Positions 49,386-57,774 of a stretch of 64,000 bases of DNA are shown piece by piece. The translations under genes and the position numbers were made by a program. The notes beneath the pieces were generated by a model. That model did no database searches and was not told the origin of the DNA. It saw nothing but the letters and a program-made list of their open reading frames with translations. The DNA lies in contig OZ241329.1 of assembly GCA_965199825.1 (NCBI GenBank), forward strand, positions 480,001 to 544,000. Reading direction: 5' to 3'. Positions within the stretch are counted from its first letter, which is position 1; every line of letters starts with the position of its first letter. Origin of the DNA: Bdellovibrionales bacterium (lineage in GTDB: Bacteria; Bdellovibrionota; Bdellovibrionia; Bdellovibrionales; UBA1609).

Positions 49386-50227
49386 GGCTGAGAGCCCTTG
49401 ATTTTTTTGGCGATTTCTTTTTCGAGCTCAGCCACTCCGGTTTTATCAAACGGAAGTTCTTTTAAAATATTTTGGGCATGCTCGAAAGCTCCAAGATCAA
49501 AAAGCATTTGGGCATGAACCAAACGCCATGTTGGAGTCATTGGTTTGATCGAATTTGATGAACTAAAAATATCGCAAGCTAATGGCAATCGACCATCGCG
49601 ATAGGCCCACTCGACCAAAAGTTGGAGTGTGGTGATTTCGGTTGAATCAATACTCAAACTTTCTTTGAGGTTGGCCCAAGCCAAATCACTGTCGCCATGT
49701 TGCTGGTGTACGAGACTTAATCCCAACCAAGCTTTGGCGTTTTGTCTGTTGAGTTTTAAACTTTGGCGAAAGCGATCCTTGGCTTGATCTAAATCCCCGC
49801 GTTTGAGTTCAAGAGTTGCGATATTGACCATCAGCGCATCGCTTAATGGATTGAGCGCAAAGGCCTTTAAGTAATTTTCTTCGGCAGCATCGACGTCATT
49901 AAGATTTAAATAGAGGTTGCCAATATTTTTATAGATCTCAAACAACGCTGACGTCTGGCCACGACACTGCGCCATTTGTCTAAAATAAAGTTGCAGCGCT
50001 TCGGCATTGCGATTTTCAACAATAAAGACTTGAGCCCACTCGACCAACGTTGAAACAAGCGGCTTCATTTCAAACGCAAGTTGATAGTACTGAACACTAT
50101 CAGAATATCTTTTTAATTTTTTTTGAGCTCTTGCCATAGACAAGAGAGCTTCGAGATCACGAACTTGTTCAGAATCAAAATCTACATTCATAATTTGCCC
50201 CACCCCATAAGTTCTAGGAGCAATCAT
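49382..50227 (-). CDS. TPR-repeat protein
   Basis: Several TPR-like helical pairs (NIGNLY...AEENYLKA, AWLGLSLV). Confidence 0.85.
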   Translation of the reverse strand: MIAPRTYGVGQIMNVDFDSEQVRDLEALLSMARAQKKLKRYSDSVQYYQLAFEMKPLVSTLVEWAQVFIVENRNAEALQLYFRQMAQCRGQTSALFEIYKNIGNLYLNLNDVDAAEENYLKAFALNPLSDALMVNIATLELKRGDLDQAKDRFRQSLKLNRQNAKAWLGLSLVHQQHGDSDLAWANLKESLSIDSTEITTLQLLVEWAYRDGRLPLACDIFSSSNSIKPMTPTWRLVHAQMLFDLGAFEHAQNILKELPFDKTGVAELEKEIAKKIKGSQP

Positions 50228-50315
50228 GATGCCATAATCAAAACTGGTTTATTTTGTTCTTAGCAAAAAATTGAGTCGAGATTTTGACTCTCGACTATCA
50301 GCAATCGCCAAAAAA

Positions 50316-50741
50316 TTAAACTTCCTCGTCAAAGGTTGAGTCTGCATTTTTTGATTTGTAAGCCGAAACAACTTTTCGAGTGGAGCGCACTTGACTGAGC
50401 TCACGAATAATATTTGATTTTGCACTTTCGATAAGCGAAAGAATCTGAAGATCCTGTCCCAAAATCTCGGTGACTAAATCATTTTTGCTATTCAAAGCTT
50501 TCAAGATATCTCTTTTGTACTGATCTTGAATACTGACCTTGGTCTCCATACCGACCTGCATGTCGTCAATCGACACATCTACAAACCGAATCATTTCGAG
50601 CAAAGCTTCGCGCGAATTATAAAATCGCTCAAGATTTTCAAAGCTTCCGGTCGAGAAGTTTTTAAGTTCTTCATGGTTCAGATCCTTGAACGCCTGAAGA
50701 TGCTGATTCTTCTCTTCTAATAAATCTACTATTCTTTCCAC
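50316..50741 (-). CDS. FlgN/FliT-like flagellar chaperone
   Basis: Helical 141-aa protein directly after fliS. Confidence 0.55.
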   Translation of the reverse strand: MERIVDLLEEKNQHLQAFKDLNHEELKNFSTGSFENLERFYNSREALLEMIRFVDVSIDDMQVGMETKVSIQDQYKRDILKALNSKNDLVTEILGQDLQILSLIESAKSNIIRELSQVRSTRKVVSAYKSKNADSTFDEEV

Positions 50742-50761
50742 AAAACCCTCCTTGGTTTTTT

Positions 50762-51142
50762 TTAAAGTTCTTTTTTAAGTTTTTGAATGGCCTCAGCCCA
50801 ACCCTGATACAAGGTCTCTAAAATCTTGAGAGCCTCGATCAAAGGTTGCGCATCGTTCTTGATATTTCCTTGAGTCAAGCGATCGGTAATAAACATATAG
50901 AGCTGCTCGAGATTTTTTGAGATATCGCCACCCACCTTGTGATCCAAGGTGTTGTTGAGCTCCATCACGATATCGTAAGCACGGCCCACATTTTCGCCAC
51001 GAGTTGCGATATCTTTTTGCTCAATTGCTATAAGTGCTTTTTTGATAAACTTGATTGCACCTTCATAGAGCATCAACAAAATCTTTTCGCGACTTGCGGT
51101 TTGCACAGCTTGGTTCTGATATTTTTGGTAAACGTTTTTCAA
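50762..51142 (-). CDS. fliS: Flagellin export chaperone FliS
   Basis: VQTAS..ILLMLYEGAI, NLEQLY, GWAEA. Confidence 0.95.
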   Translation of the reverse strand: MKNVYQKYQNQAVQTASREKILLMLYEGAIKFIKKALIAIEQKDIATRGENVGRAYDIVMELNNTLDHKVGGDISKNLEQLYMFITDRLTQGNIKNDAQPLIEALKILETLYQGWAEAIQKLKKEL

Positions 51143-51173
51143 TTCGGCTCCCGTTTGAGATTAAACTTCATAA

Positions 51174-52541
51174 TTATCCGCCTGCACCTTGTCCGCCGCC
51201 TTGAATTCCAGCAAGCGCTCCGCCTTGGCCTTTTAGGCGCGAAACTGTCTCTTCTAATTTGGCAAATTTATTTCTGAGGGCTTCTTCTTTTTTGCCCAGC
51301 TGACGTTCTTTATCCGAAATGCGCTGATCAATTTGTCCAATTCGATCTTGAAGCGCTTTTTTGCGATTGGTCAGCGGCCCAAAGCCTTGAGCCAAGATCG
51401 CATTCATCTCGCGCTTGATAGCGGGTACAAAACCAGTATTAAATCCGTCGCCAGCAAAAAATTGCTGGACTGCCACAGGATCTTTAGCCAAAACGCTATC
51501 AAACTTTTCTTGTTTAAAATCCAAAACACCACTGCGACTAAATTCTAGTCCCATTTGGTTTAATCGTTTGATCGGACCTTGAACACCCACCTGAGGTTCT
51601 TGGACAAGTCGGCGAATCCTATTTTCGATCGAACTTAAAATACTATCGCCGCCCAAAGTCTGTGAGGTGTCGGTTTTTTCGCTCAATCTGTTTTGTGACT
51701 GAATAAAGGTTAAAACCGCATTGACCGAGTCAACAAAGCCTTTGATCTTTCCACCAACCGCTTGAACATCTTCTTTCACATTGATGTTGATCGCATGGCC
51801 CGGCGATGCTTGTTTGAGATCAAGAGTCACTCCGGGAATTAAATCCGAAACGACATTCTCGCCCACTTCAAATTCAAATCCATCCATTTTCAAAACGCCG
51901 TTTTTAGCCGGATTTTGTTTATCAAAAAATATGTCTTGATCCCCATCGAGAAAATAGAGTGTGGGGTACTCAATTTTTTTATCAGTTCCTAAAGCCTCGC
52001 CCGATAAAAGCAAACGATAAGGATTATCTGGATCGCTGCGATCATTGATGATTGAGGCTTTGACTCCAACACGAGCCGAATTGATCGCATTCACCGCACC
52101 TTGGAGCGTGTCGGTTTTTGAATTGATATAGACATCTTTTTCGCCATCGGGAGTTTTAAATCGAAAATATCCCACACCAATTTCGGTTTTGTCTTTATCA
52201 GGAAAACCATTGGTGATGGCTGCGGCTTTTTCGGCGAGTTGTTTGACTTCGAGATTCCAAGATCCGGTGACACCCACCGAAGGATCCACTGTTCCATTAA
52301 TAATCGTGTTATCGCCAGAGGTGAGTTTCATATCCTGAAACCCCTTCATCGACGCAAGGGTACCTAAGCTCGAAGAAATCGAGCTGAGCTTGGTTTCAAG
52401 ATCAGTCACAAGCTTGAGCTTGTTTTCTTGTTTCCCTTTTTGTTGTTGCATCGCTTTAATGGGCATTTTTTCTGCATCCATTAATTGCTCTACAATGTTG
52501 GGTGGAAGGCCTGAGCCCAATCCACCAATTGCGATCCCCAA
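51174..52541 (-). CDS. fliD: Flagellar cap protein FliD
   Basis: GLGSGL...IVEQLMDAE, VKQLA, IPGVTLDL, LGGDS, KFAKLE. Confidence 0.95.
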   Translation of the reverse strand: MGIAIGGLGSGLPPNIVEQLMDAEKMPIKAMQQQKGKQENKLKLVTDLETKLSSISSSLGTLASMKGFQDMKLTSGDNTIINGTVDPSVGVTGSWNLEVKQLAEKAAAITNGFPDKDKTEIGVGYFRFKTPDGEKDVYINSKTDTLQGAVNAINSARVGVKASIINDRSDPDNPYRLLLSGEALGTDKKIEYPTLYFLDGDQDIFFDKQNPAKNGVLKMDGFEFEVGENVVSDLIPGVTLDLKQASPGHAININVKEDVQAVGGKIKGFVDSVNAVLTFIQSQNRLSEKTDTSQTLGGDSILSSIENRIRRLVQEPQVGVQGPIKRLNQMGLEFSRSGVLDFKQEKFDSVLAKDPVAVQQFFAGDGFNTGFVPAIKREMNAILAQGFGPLTNRKKALQDRIGQIDQRISDKERQLGKKEEALRNKFAKLEETVSRLKGQGGALAGIQGGGQGAGG

Positions 52542-52630
52542 TTGTGTTACCCCTCTTTAAATATTTTGGCTTGAGAAGGTCACAATGTGTGAGTCAATTG
52601 GTTGGCTGAACTTTTGGTTGGCTTTAAATC

Positions 52631-53011
52631 TTAGGCGGCCTTGTCAAAAAGTTGCCCTGTCGTTCGTCCACTAGAAAAGTAAAACGACCAAAGGTCTGAT
52701 TGAGAGAGCCGGCGCACCACTTGGCCCGAAGCATCTTCTATATGAATCCATTTTTCGTTATGGAGTTCGACCACTTTTACGGTGAGGTTGCTGGCTTTAA
52801 TACCAGGAAGTTCTTTTATCTTGGCTAGGATTTCGTTGAATTCATCATCGGTCAAAGGGCGTTTTGGTTTTTGATCGTCACGAGATTGGCGTCCATCTGC
52901 ATCGCGATCCGCAGAACTTTGGGCCGAAGACCTGCGAACATCAGCCGCCGCATCTGCGCGGGTAGTGATGTCCACCGGTGTAATACTTGAAGAAAGACTC
53001 TTAAGATTCAT
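52631..53011 (-). CDS. FlaG-like protein
   Basis: Small ORF between flagellin and fliD; IEDASGQVVRRL resembles the FlaG C-terminus. Confidence 0.6.
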   Translation of the reverse strand: MNLKSLSSSITPVDITTRADAAADVRRSSAQSSADRDADGRQSRDDQKPKRPLTDDEFNEILAKIKELPGIKASNLTVKVVELHNEKWIHIEDASGQVVRRLSQSDLWSFYFSSGRTTGQLFDKAA

Positions 53012-53012
53012 A

Positions 53013-53041
53013 CAGACTCCTTATCGGAAATAAGGAGTCTG
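53013..53041 (-). promoter_or_regulatory. Perfect 12-bp hairpin covering the flaG-like SD and overlapping a sigma28-type promoter
   Basis: CAGACTCCTTAT-cggaa-ATAAGGAGTCTG; minus strand reads TCAAG-N15-TCCGATAA. Confidence 0.65.
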
Positions 53042-53051
53042 CGCTTGAGTG

Positions 53052-53885
53052 TTAAGCTAAAAGTTTCATTGCCATTGAGGGCGCTGCATTGGCCTGAGCT
53101 AAAGTCGAAACGCTGGCATTCATAAGAATGTTGTTGCGTGATAACTCAGCTGTGGTTGCTGCAACATCTGTGTCACGAATTCGTGAATTCGCAGCAGAGA
53201 AGTTCTCAATAGATGTACTTAAATGCTCGTTTGTTGATTGCAATCGGTTTTGCAAAGCTCCAAGATTCGCGCGGTAACCGTTCACTTGACCTTGAGATTT
53301 TTCAAGAGTTTCAAGAGCCGAACGTGCGCCTTCTTTAGTTGAGTAATCAAAACCATCGATGTTCAAAGATTCTGTAGTCGCAATCTGATCACCTGATTTA
53401 AAAGCGATACGATCTTTATCGGGATCGTTATTGATATCCACTTGGAATTCAAATTTTCCGCCAGTACCGTCTAGCAAATTTGCATTTCCATAACGAGTGC
53501 TCTTAGCAATACGTTGAACTTCGTCTTTTAATTGACCAACTTCTTTTTGGATAAAACCACGTTCTTGATCACCAACAGTATCAGATGCAGCTTGAACACC
53601 AAGTTCTCGCATACGAGTTAATATGTTGCTGATTTCTCCAAGACCACCTTCAGCAACCTGAACCATGGACACACCATCGTTCGCGTTACGTTGTGCTTGT
53701 TGATATCCACGGATGGTGGATTTTAATCCTTCACTGATCGACAATCCAGCTGCATCATCTGCTGCTTTTGTGATCCGGCTACCTGAAGCCAATTGTGCAA
53801 AGCTGGTTTGCAAATTTCTTTGCGAAACACCTAAAGATTGTTGAGCTGCGATCGAGGCTACGTTCGTTGCTATTCTGAGTCCCAT
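53052..53885 (-). CDS. fliC: Flagellin
   Basis: MGLRIATN, LASGSRITKAADDAAGL, RANLGALQNRL, SRIRDTD; start at 53885 after AAGGA. Confidence 0.97.
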   Translation of the reverse strand: MGLRIATNVASIAAQQSLGVSQRNLQTSFAQLASGSRITKAADDAAGLSISEGLKSTIRGYQQAQRNANDGVSMVQVAEGGLGEISNILTRMRELGVQAASDTVGDQERGFIQKEVGQLKDEVQRIAKSTRYGNANLLDGTGGKFEFQVDINNDPDKDRIAFKSGDQIATTESLNIDGFDYSTKEGARSALETLEKSQGQVNGYRANLGALQNRLQSTNEHLSTSIENFSAANSRIRDTDVAATTAELSRNNILMNASVSTLAQANAAPSMAMKLLA

Positions 53886-54082
53886 GTTACGTTCCTTTAA
53901 GTTTGAGGGCGTAATACGCCCCCATAAAAAATTGCGATTCCCTTCGCTGATTAAACACATTGGAGCGGGTATCTGGGACGCATGCGATAAGGTGGTAACG
54001 ATCCAATTTCACGGCAGTCACACCGCGCAAAAGTCTCTCCCCTATCGAACTGTCTTTAAGACCAGCTCAACTTCTGACTAGC

Positions 54083-54109
54083 TTTTCGGCGGGGTCTGTA
54101 AAGGCTAAA
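54083..54109 (-). promoter_or_regulatory. Putative sigma28 promoter of flagellin 1 (about 190-nt leader)
   Basis: Minus strand TTTA-N15-GCCGAAAA. Confidence 0.55.
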
Positions 54110-54278
54110 GTCTCGTCGAGCAAATCTAGACCATGGTCTGTAAACAACTGGACTTTAGTGTGGATATTTGGACCAAAAGCGAGTCAAGTCGGGCTAGACT
54201 GCTGGAAATTGGTCGGGTGTGGCTGATGATTTGGGGTGGAGGGGTTTGGCACTGCGGTACTGATTTACTTTGATCGCT

Positions 54279-54548
54279 AGGCACAATGGAGTCTTGTCGC
54301 GTCTGGGCACGATCATTTCTATCGGCATGGTGATGGGCAGGATGGTGTCTCACCTTGTTTGGGCACGATTTATCTTGTCGCTGAAGTGATGGGCACGATC
54401 ACTCCATTCTTTCGGCATGGTGATGGGCACAATTCATTCTGTTAGCTAAGTCATGGGCACGATAATGGCCTGCCTCGTCCGGGACGATGATGTCTCGCCT
54501 CTTTTGGGCACGATCACTCCATCCTCTCGGCAAAGTGGTGGGCACGAT
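54279..54548 (-). repeat. Ten-unit array of ATCGTGCCC cores with variable 16-25 nt spacers, starting inside the 3' end of HNH gene 2
   Basis: Plus-strand GGGCACGAT-like cores at 54279, 54305, 54335, 54361, 54391, 54425, 54455, 54481, 54506, 54540. Confidence 0.92.
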
Positions 54549-55332
54549 GATGTCCCGAACAAAAAAGAGTTAAGTTTTCTTCAGCATCCGATCCACCCTT
54601 CGATCTTGGTACTATATGATGAATATCTAAATGCCGCCGCTGGGTGCAGCGTATTCCATTTTCATTTACATAAGTGCATTGGCTGTGATGTTTGTGATGA
54701 ATCTTTCGCTTTACCGCCATTTTAGAAGCCGCTTTCTCTGGGCACGATTTCTGAAGCGGATCATTTTTCAACAACCACAAATCTACAGCCTCAGTCAGCA
54801 CATCTTCAATCGATGCCGCTCGTTTTAATTTCTGACTCATTAAATCTTGAGCACGTTGAAACGCTTTATGTTTTTCTTCGGTAAGCGAAAAAGTAATCTG
54901 CACGCGCTCGGTCGTGCCTACACTGCAGTACCTTGATTTTTCTTTCAGTGCTTTTTCGGAATGTGCCTTAGCAATTTCTTTTTCAAGTTGGCGTTTTGTG
55001 CCTTTTGCGATGTCGATCCATGAGGTCGCATTTTCCTCAGTGATCACCGAAACCAATCGGTTAGCTTTGGAAGCCGAGAGCTCACCAAGTTCCATTTCTT
55101 TTTTGAGTTGTGGCACTTCGGTAAATTTCTTGGCGATCTTATTGTAAATGCTCGCGAGCTCTTCGGACAATTTCAGTTGTGTCGTTGAATATTCAAATAA
55201 TGAACGACAGCCAAATTGATAATAACTTTTGTTGATCCAAACTTGCTCTAAGGCTTTTAGCAATTCGATTTCGGCTTTGCGATGAGAATCTGCGGCGCGG
55301 ACCGCATTCTTGTGAAGAGTGAGATGATCCAT
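54514..55332 (-). CDS. HNH endonuclease-domain protein with helical N-terminal region, paralog 2
   Basis: QC-x9-C...LDIHHIVPRSKGG...ENLTLFCSGHH; CAGGAG RBS; paralog of 32867-33679. Confidence 0.88.
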   Translation of the reverse strand: MDHLTLHKNAVRAADSHRKAEIELLKALEQVWINKSYYQFGCRSLFEYSTTQLKLSEELASIYNKIAKKFTEVPQLKKEMELGELSASKANRLVSVITEENATSWIDIAKGTKRQLEKEIAKAHSEKALKEKSRYCSVGTTERVQITFSLTEEKHKAFQRAQDLMSQKLKRAASIEDVLTEAVDLWLLKNDPLQKSCPEKAASKMAVKRKIHHKHHSQCTYVNENGIRCTQRRHLDIHHIVPRSKGGSDAEENLTLFCSGHHRAHHFAERME

Positions 55333-55391
55333 AAATTACTCCTGTTTAGAGCAGAAGTGTAACATGGGTTTTTGAAACTGCGATATAAGGT

Positions 55392-55716
55392 GGGCGCGAT
55401 CGGAATTAACATCTTCGATTTTTGGCATGTCTGTCGGCGCTAGCGACCGTTTGACAACTAAAGATAACAAAAAATGATTAATCTGCGGTTCAAAGCCAAA
55501 CACAGCCAAAAATTACCGCGATAAATTTGCGTCAATATTTAATTTGAGAAAACTAATTTAGCTGTGGGCAAGATCGTGAATAAAAAATGTCGTACTCCCA
55601 AAGTCATCATTTCTTTTTACTAAAAACTGCTATGGGCACGATCAGAAACTAAGAATATCGCAAACTAGAAATCCACCAGAAGACGTATACCATAGTTCGC
55701 AAAATCCGGGCACGAT
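55392..55716 (-). repeat. Four spaced copies of the ATCGTGCCC motif upstream of HNH gene 2
   Basis: Exact at 55634 and 55708, one mismatch at 55392 and 55566; all co-oriented with the gene. Confidence 0.75.
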
Positions 55717-55766
55717 CGCAATCAAGAACAATACCGCCACTACCATCGCTTATAAACAACAAAAAT

Positions 55767-56444
55767 CTAAAGAAACGTCGCTGTAGTTGGGCATGTCACA
55801 ATCGAAACCATTCCACGAATATGACCAATGTCATCGCGGATATAATTCCAATCCCATTTGACGTCGAGAGCGGCATTGTTGGCGGCGCGGATACGCATGT
55901 AATAAGGCATTGCTTGTTGGCCGGAGAGAATCATCGTTCTGATAAACGATTGAAGTTTAATTCCTTCGGCGGGATCAAATAAATAATCCCATAAGAATTT
56001 TGGCGTGCGTAGGTCGTTTGCGGTTAAGCCAATGGTGTCTAAAGTTTTTTTGTTTGCAAAACAAATTTCGCCATTGGTTTTGCTTGCGAGAAATCCGACA
56101 TGGATCAAATCTAGGAAGGCATGGGTGCAGCCTAAATCCAAAGTTTCGAGCGATGTCTTGTCGCGATCGCGAAGCAAGTAACAAGGCGGAGTATTAAAAT
56201 GCCTGGCAAAAGTGCGAATGGTTGAGGCTTTGATATCGATTTGACCGGCCTCAATTTTTTGTAAATGACGATGGCTTAATCCAACTGCATTTGCTAAATC
56301 CACTTGGCGTTCACGTTTTCTTTGACGAAACTGCTTAATCCAGCTCGCTATGATGCCTGGAAGTAGACGTTCGGAATCGAAGAGTTGATCAAAGTCTTTA
56401 GTTTTCAAGCCATTTTTTTTGCCTCTCAATAAACAAAATGACAA
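55767..56444 (-). CDS. XRE-family HTH regulator with C-terminal PAS domain
   Basis: QVDLANAVGLSHRHLQKIEAG HTH; GEICFANK...IRDDIGHIRGMVSIV PAS/PAC pattern. Start uncertain. Confidence 0.8.
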   Translation of the reverse strand: MSFCLLRGKKNGLKTKDFDQLFDSERLLPGIIASWIKQFRQRKRERQVDLANAVGLSHRHLQKIEAGQIDIKASTIRTFARHFNTPPCYLLRDRDKTSLETLDLGCTHAFLDLIHVGFLASKTNGEICFANKKTLDTIGLTANDLRTPKFLWDYLFDPAEGIKLQSFIRTMILSGQQAMPYYMRIRAANNAALDVKWDWNYIRDDIGHIRGMVSIVTCPTTATFL

Positions 56445-56486
56445 GAGATCTTCTCAATACTCGAGGAAAACGCCATGTATTGCCGC

Positions 56487-56521
56487 AAAAAAAACCCTGG
56501 GCGCAGTAAAGCCACCCAGGG
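56487..56521 (-). terminator. Intrinsic terminator of flagellin 2
   Basis: Minus strand CCCTGGG...CCCAGGG stem followed by T8. Confidence 0.8.
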
Positions 56522-56564
56522 CGGGCTTTTGAGATCATGTGGGCCACGATCCCAAACTAAATAA

Positions 56565-57392
56565 TTATTGAAGTAAACGAAGTGCTGCGGCTCCGTTGGA
56601 ATTTGCCTGCGCCAATACACCAATGGAAGCTTGGTGCAAAATATTGGCTGAAGCCGCCTCGGCAGATTCGTACGCAATGTCGGTATCGCTAATCCGTGAT
56701 TTTGCAGCAGAGAGATTTTCGTACTGCACATCAAGGTTACTTGTTGTTGATTGCAGTCGACTTTGTACCGCACCAAAATCAGCGCGCATTTTTCCTAATT
56801 TATCCAACGCATCGTCAACCGAGTCGAGTGTGTCGCGAGCACCTGATTTTGAATCGAGCGAAATCGATGAAATTCCTAAAGCCGAATTGGTTGCGTCTGC
56901 TTTCACGCTGCTCTTGATAATGTTCTCATCACCACCGTAAGGGCCCACGTGATATTCTAAAGCCGATCCTGAGCCATCGAGTAATTTTTGATTTCCAAAT
57001 CGGGTGGATTTAGCGATTCGCTGTGACTCATCGATCAACTGTTTTGCTTCTTGATTTAAAAATCCGCGCTCTTTATCTGAGACCGTATCACTTGCGGATT
57101 GAACACCAAGTTCACGCAGTCGAATAAGAATATTATTAATTTCATTCAAGCCCCCTTCAGAGGTTTGAATCAATGATTGAGCATTGTAGGCGTTATTGCG
57201 TGCTTGCTTTACTCCCACAATTTGTCCGCGCAAATTTTCTGATATCGACAAACCGGCAGCATCATCTGATGCCTTTACGATTCGTGATCCCGAAGCAAGA
57301 GCTTCTTGTGAATGCTCTAAGCGCTCCTGACTTTTGCCAAGTTGTCTCTGCGCACTGATCGATGCCAGATTCGTATTAATTCTTAAGCCCAT
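56565..57392 (-). CDS. fliC: Flagellin (second paralog)
   Basis: MGLRINTN, LASGSRIVKASDDAAGL, RADFGAVQSRL, SRISDTD. Confidence 0.97.
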   Translation of the reverse strand: MGLRINTNLASISAQRQLGKSQERLEHSQEALASGSRIVKASDDAAGLSISENLRGQIVGVKQARNNAYNAQSLIQTSEGGLNEINNILIRLRELGVQSASDTVSDKERGFLNQEAKQLIDESQRIAKSTRFGNQKLLDGSGSALEYHVGPYGGDENIIKSSVKADATNSALGISSISLDSKSGARDTLDSVDDALDKLGKMRADFGAVQSRLQSTTSNLDVQYENLSAAKSRISDTDIAYESAEAASANILHQASIGVLAQANSNGAAALRLLQ

Positions 57393-57533
57393 ATACGTCC
57401 CCCAATATGTTTTGAGCGAGCTCCGTGACCCACAGTTCGCAAAAAACAGTGTTAAAATTTATTGGAGTAGTTAAGTGAGGAGGGGTGACTGTCCCTCCAC
57501 ACTCAATAATTTGCTCCAATGTGTTCGCATTAC

Positions 57534-57560
57534 TTCTCGGCTTAAGTCCAGGTCAGCTTA
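57534..57560 (-). promoter_or_regulatory. Sigma28 promoter of flagellin 2
   Basis: Minus strand TAAG-N15-GCCGAGAA. Confidence 0.75.
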
Positions 57561-57774
57561 AGACCTTGGTCTAGTTCGACTATGTCAACAGTGCGTCTAG
57601 TATGCGAATTCCTTAACTAATAAATTTTTATTTATCGACGAACTTTATGACACCTGTCTCGTTCTGAAACAGAGACTGAGAGCGGCACTGCTGTCTGACA
57701 ATTCACAACCGTTTTTTACTGAGACCAAATCTAGGCCCCACCCACGTGGGCACATCCCATGAAGTAGATGAGTC

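Noticed and set aside
53886..54082. c-di-GMP or other known riboswitch in the flagellin leader
   Set aside because: Hairpins exist (GGGCGTAATACGCCC), but I could not find the conserved motifs of a known class; an Rfam/Infernal scan would decide.
54126..54353. 75-aa ORF running through the HNH array
   Set aside because: It is a by-product of the repeat units, with no RBS or recognisable domain.
54279..54548. CRISPR array or TIGR-Tas array
   Set aside because: The core is only 9 bp, spacers vary in length and are related to each other, no cas genes are present, and I see no Nop domain or fixed 36-nt dual-repeat unit.
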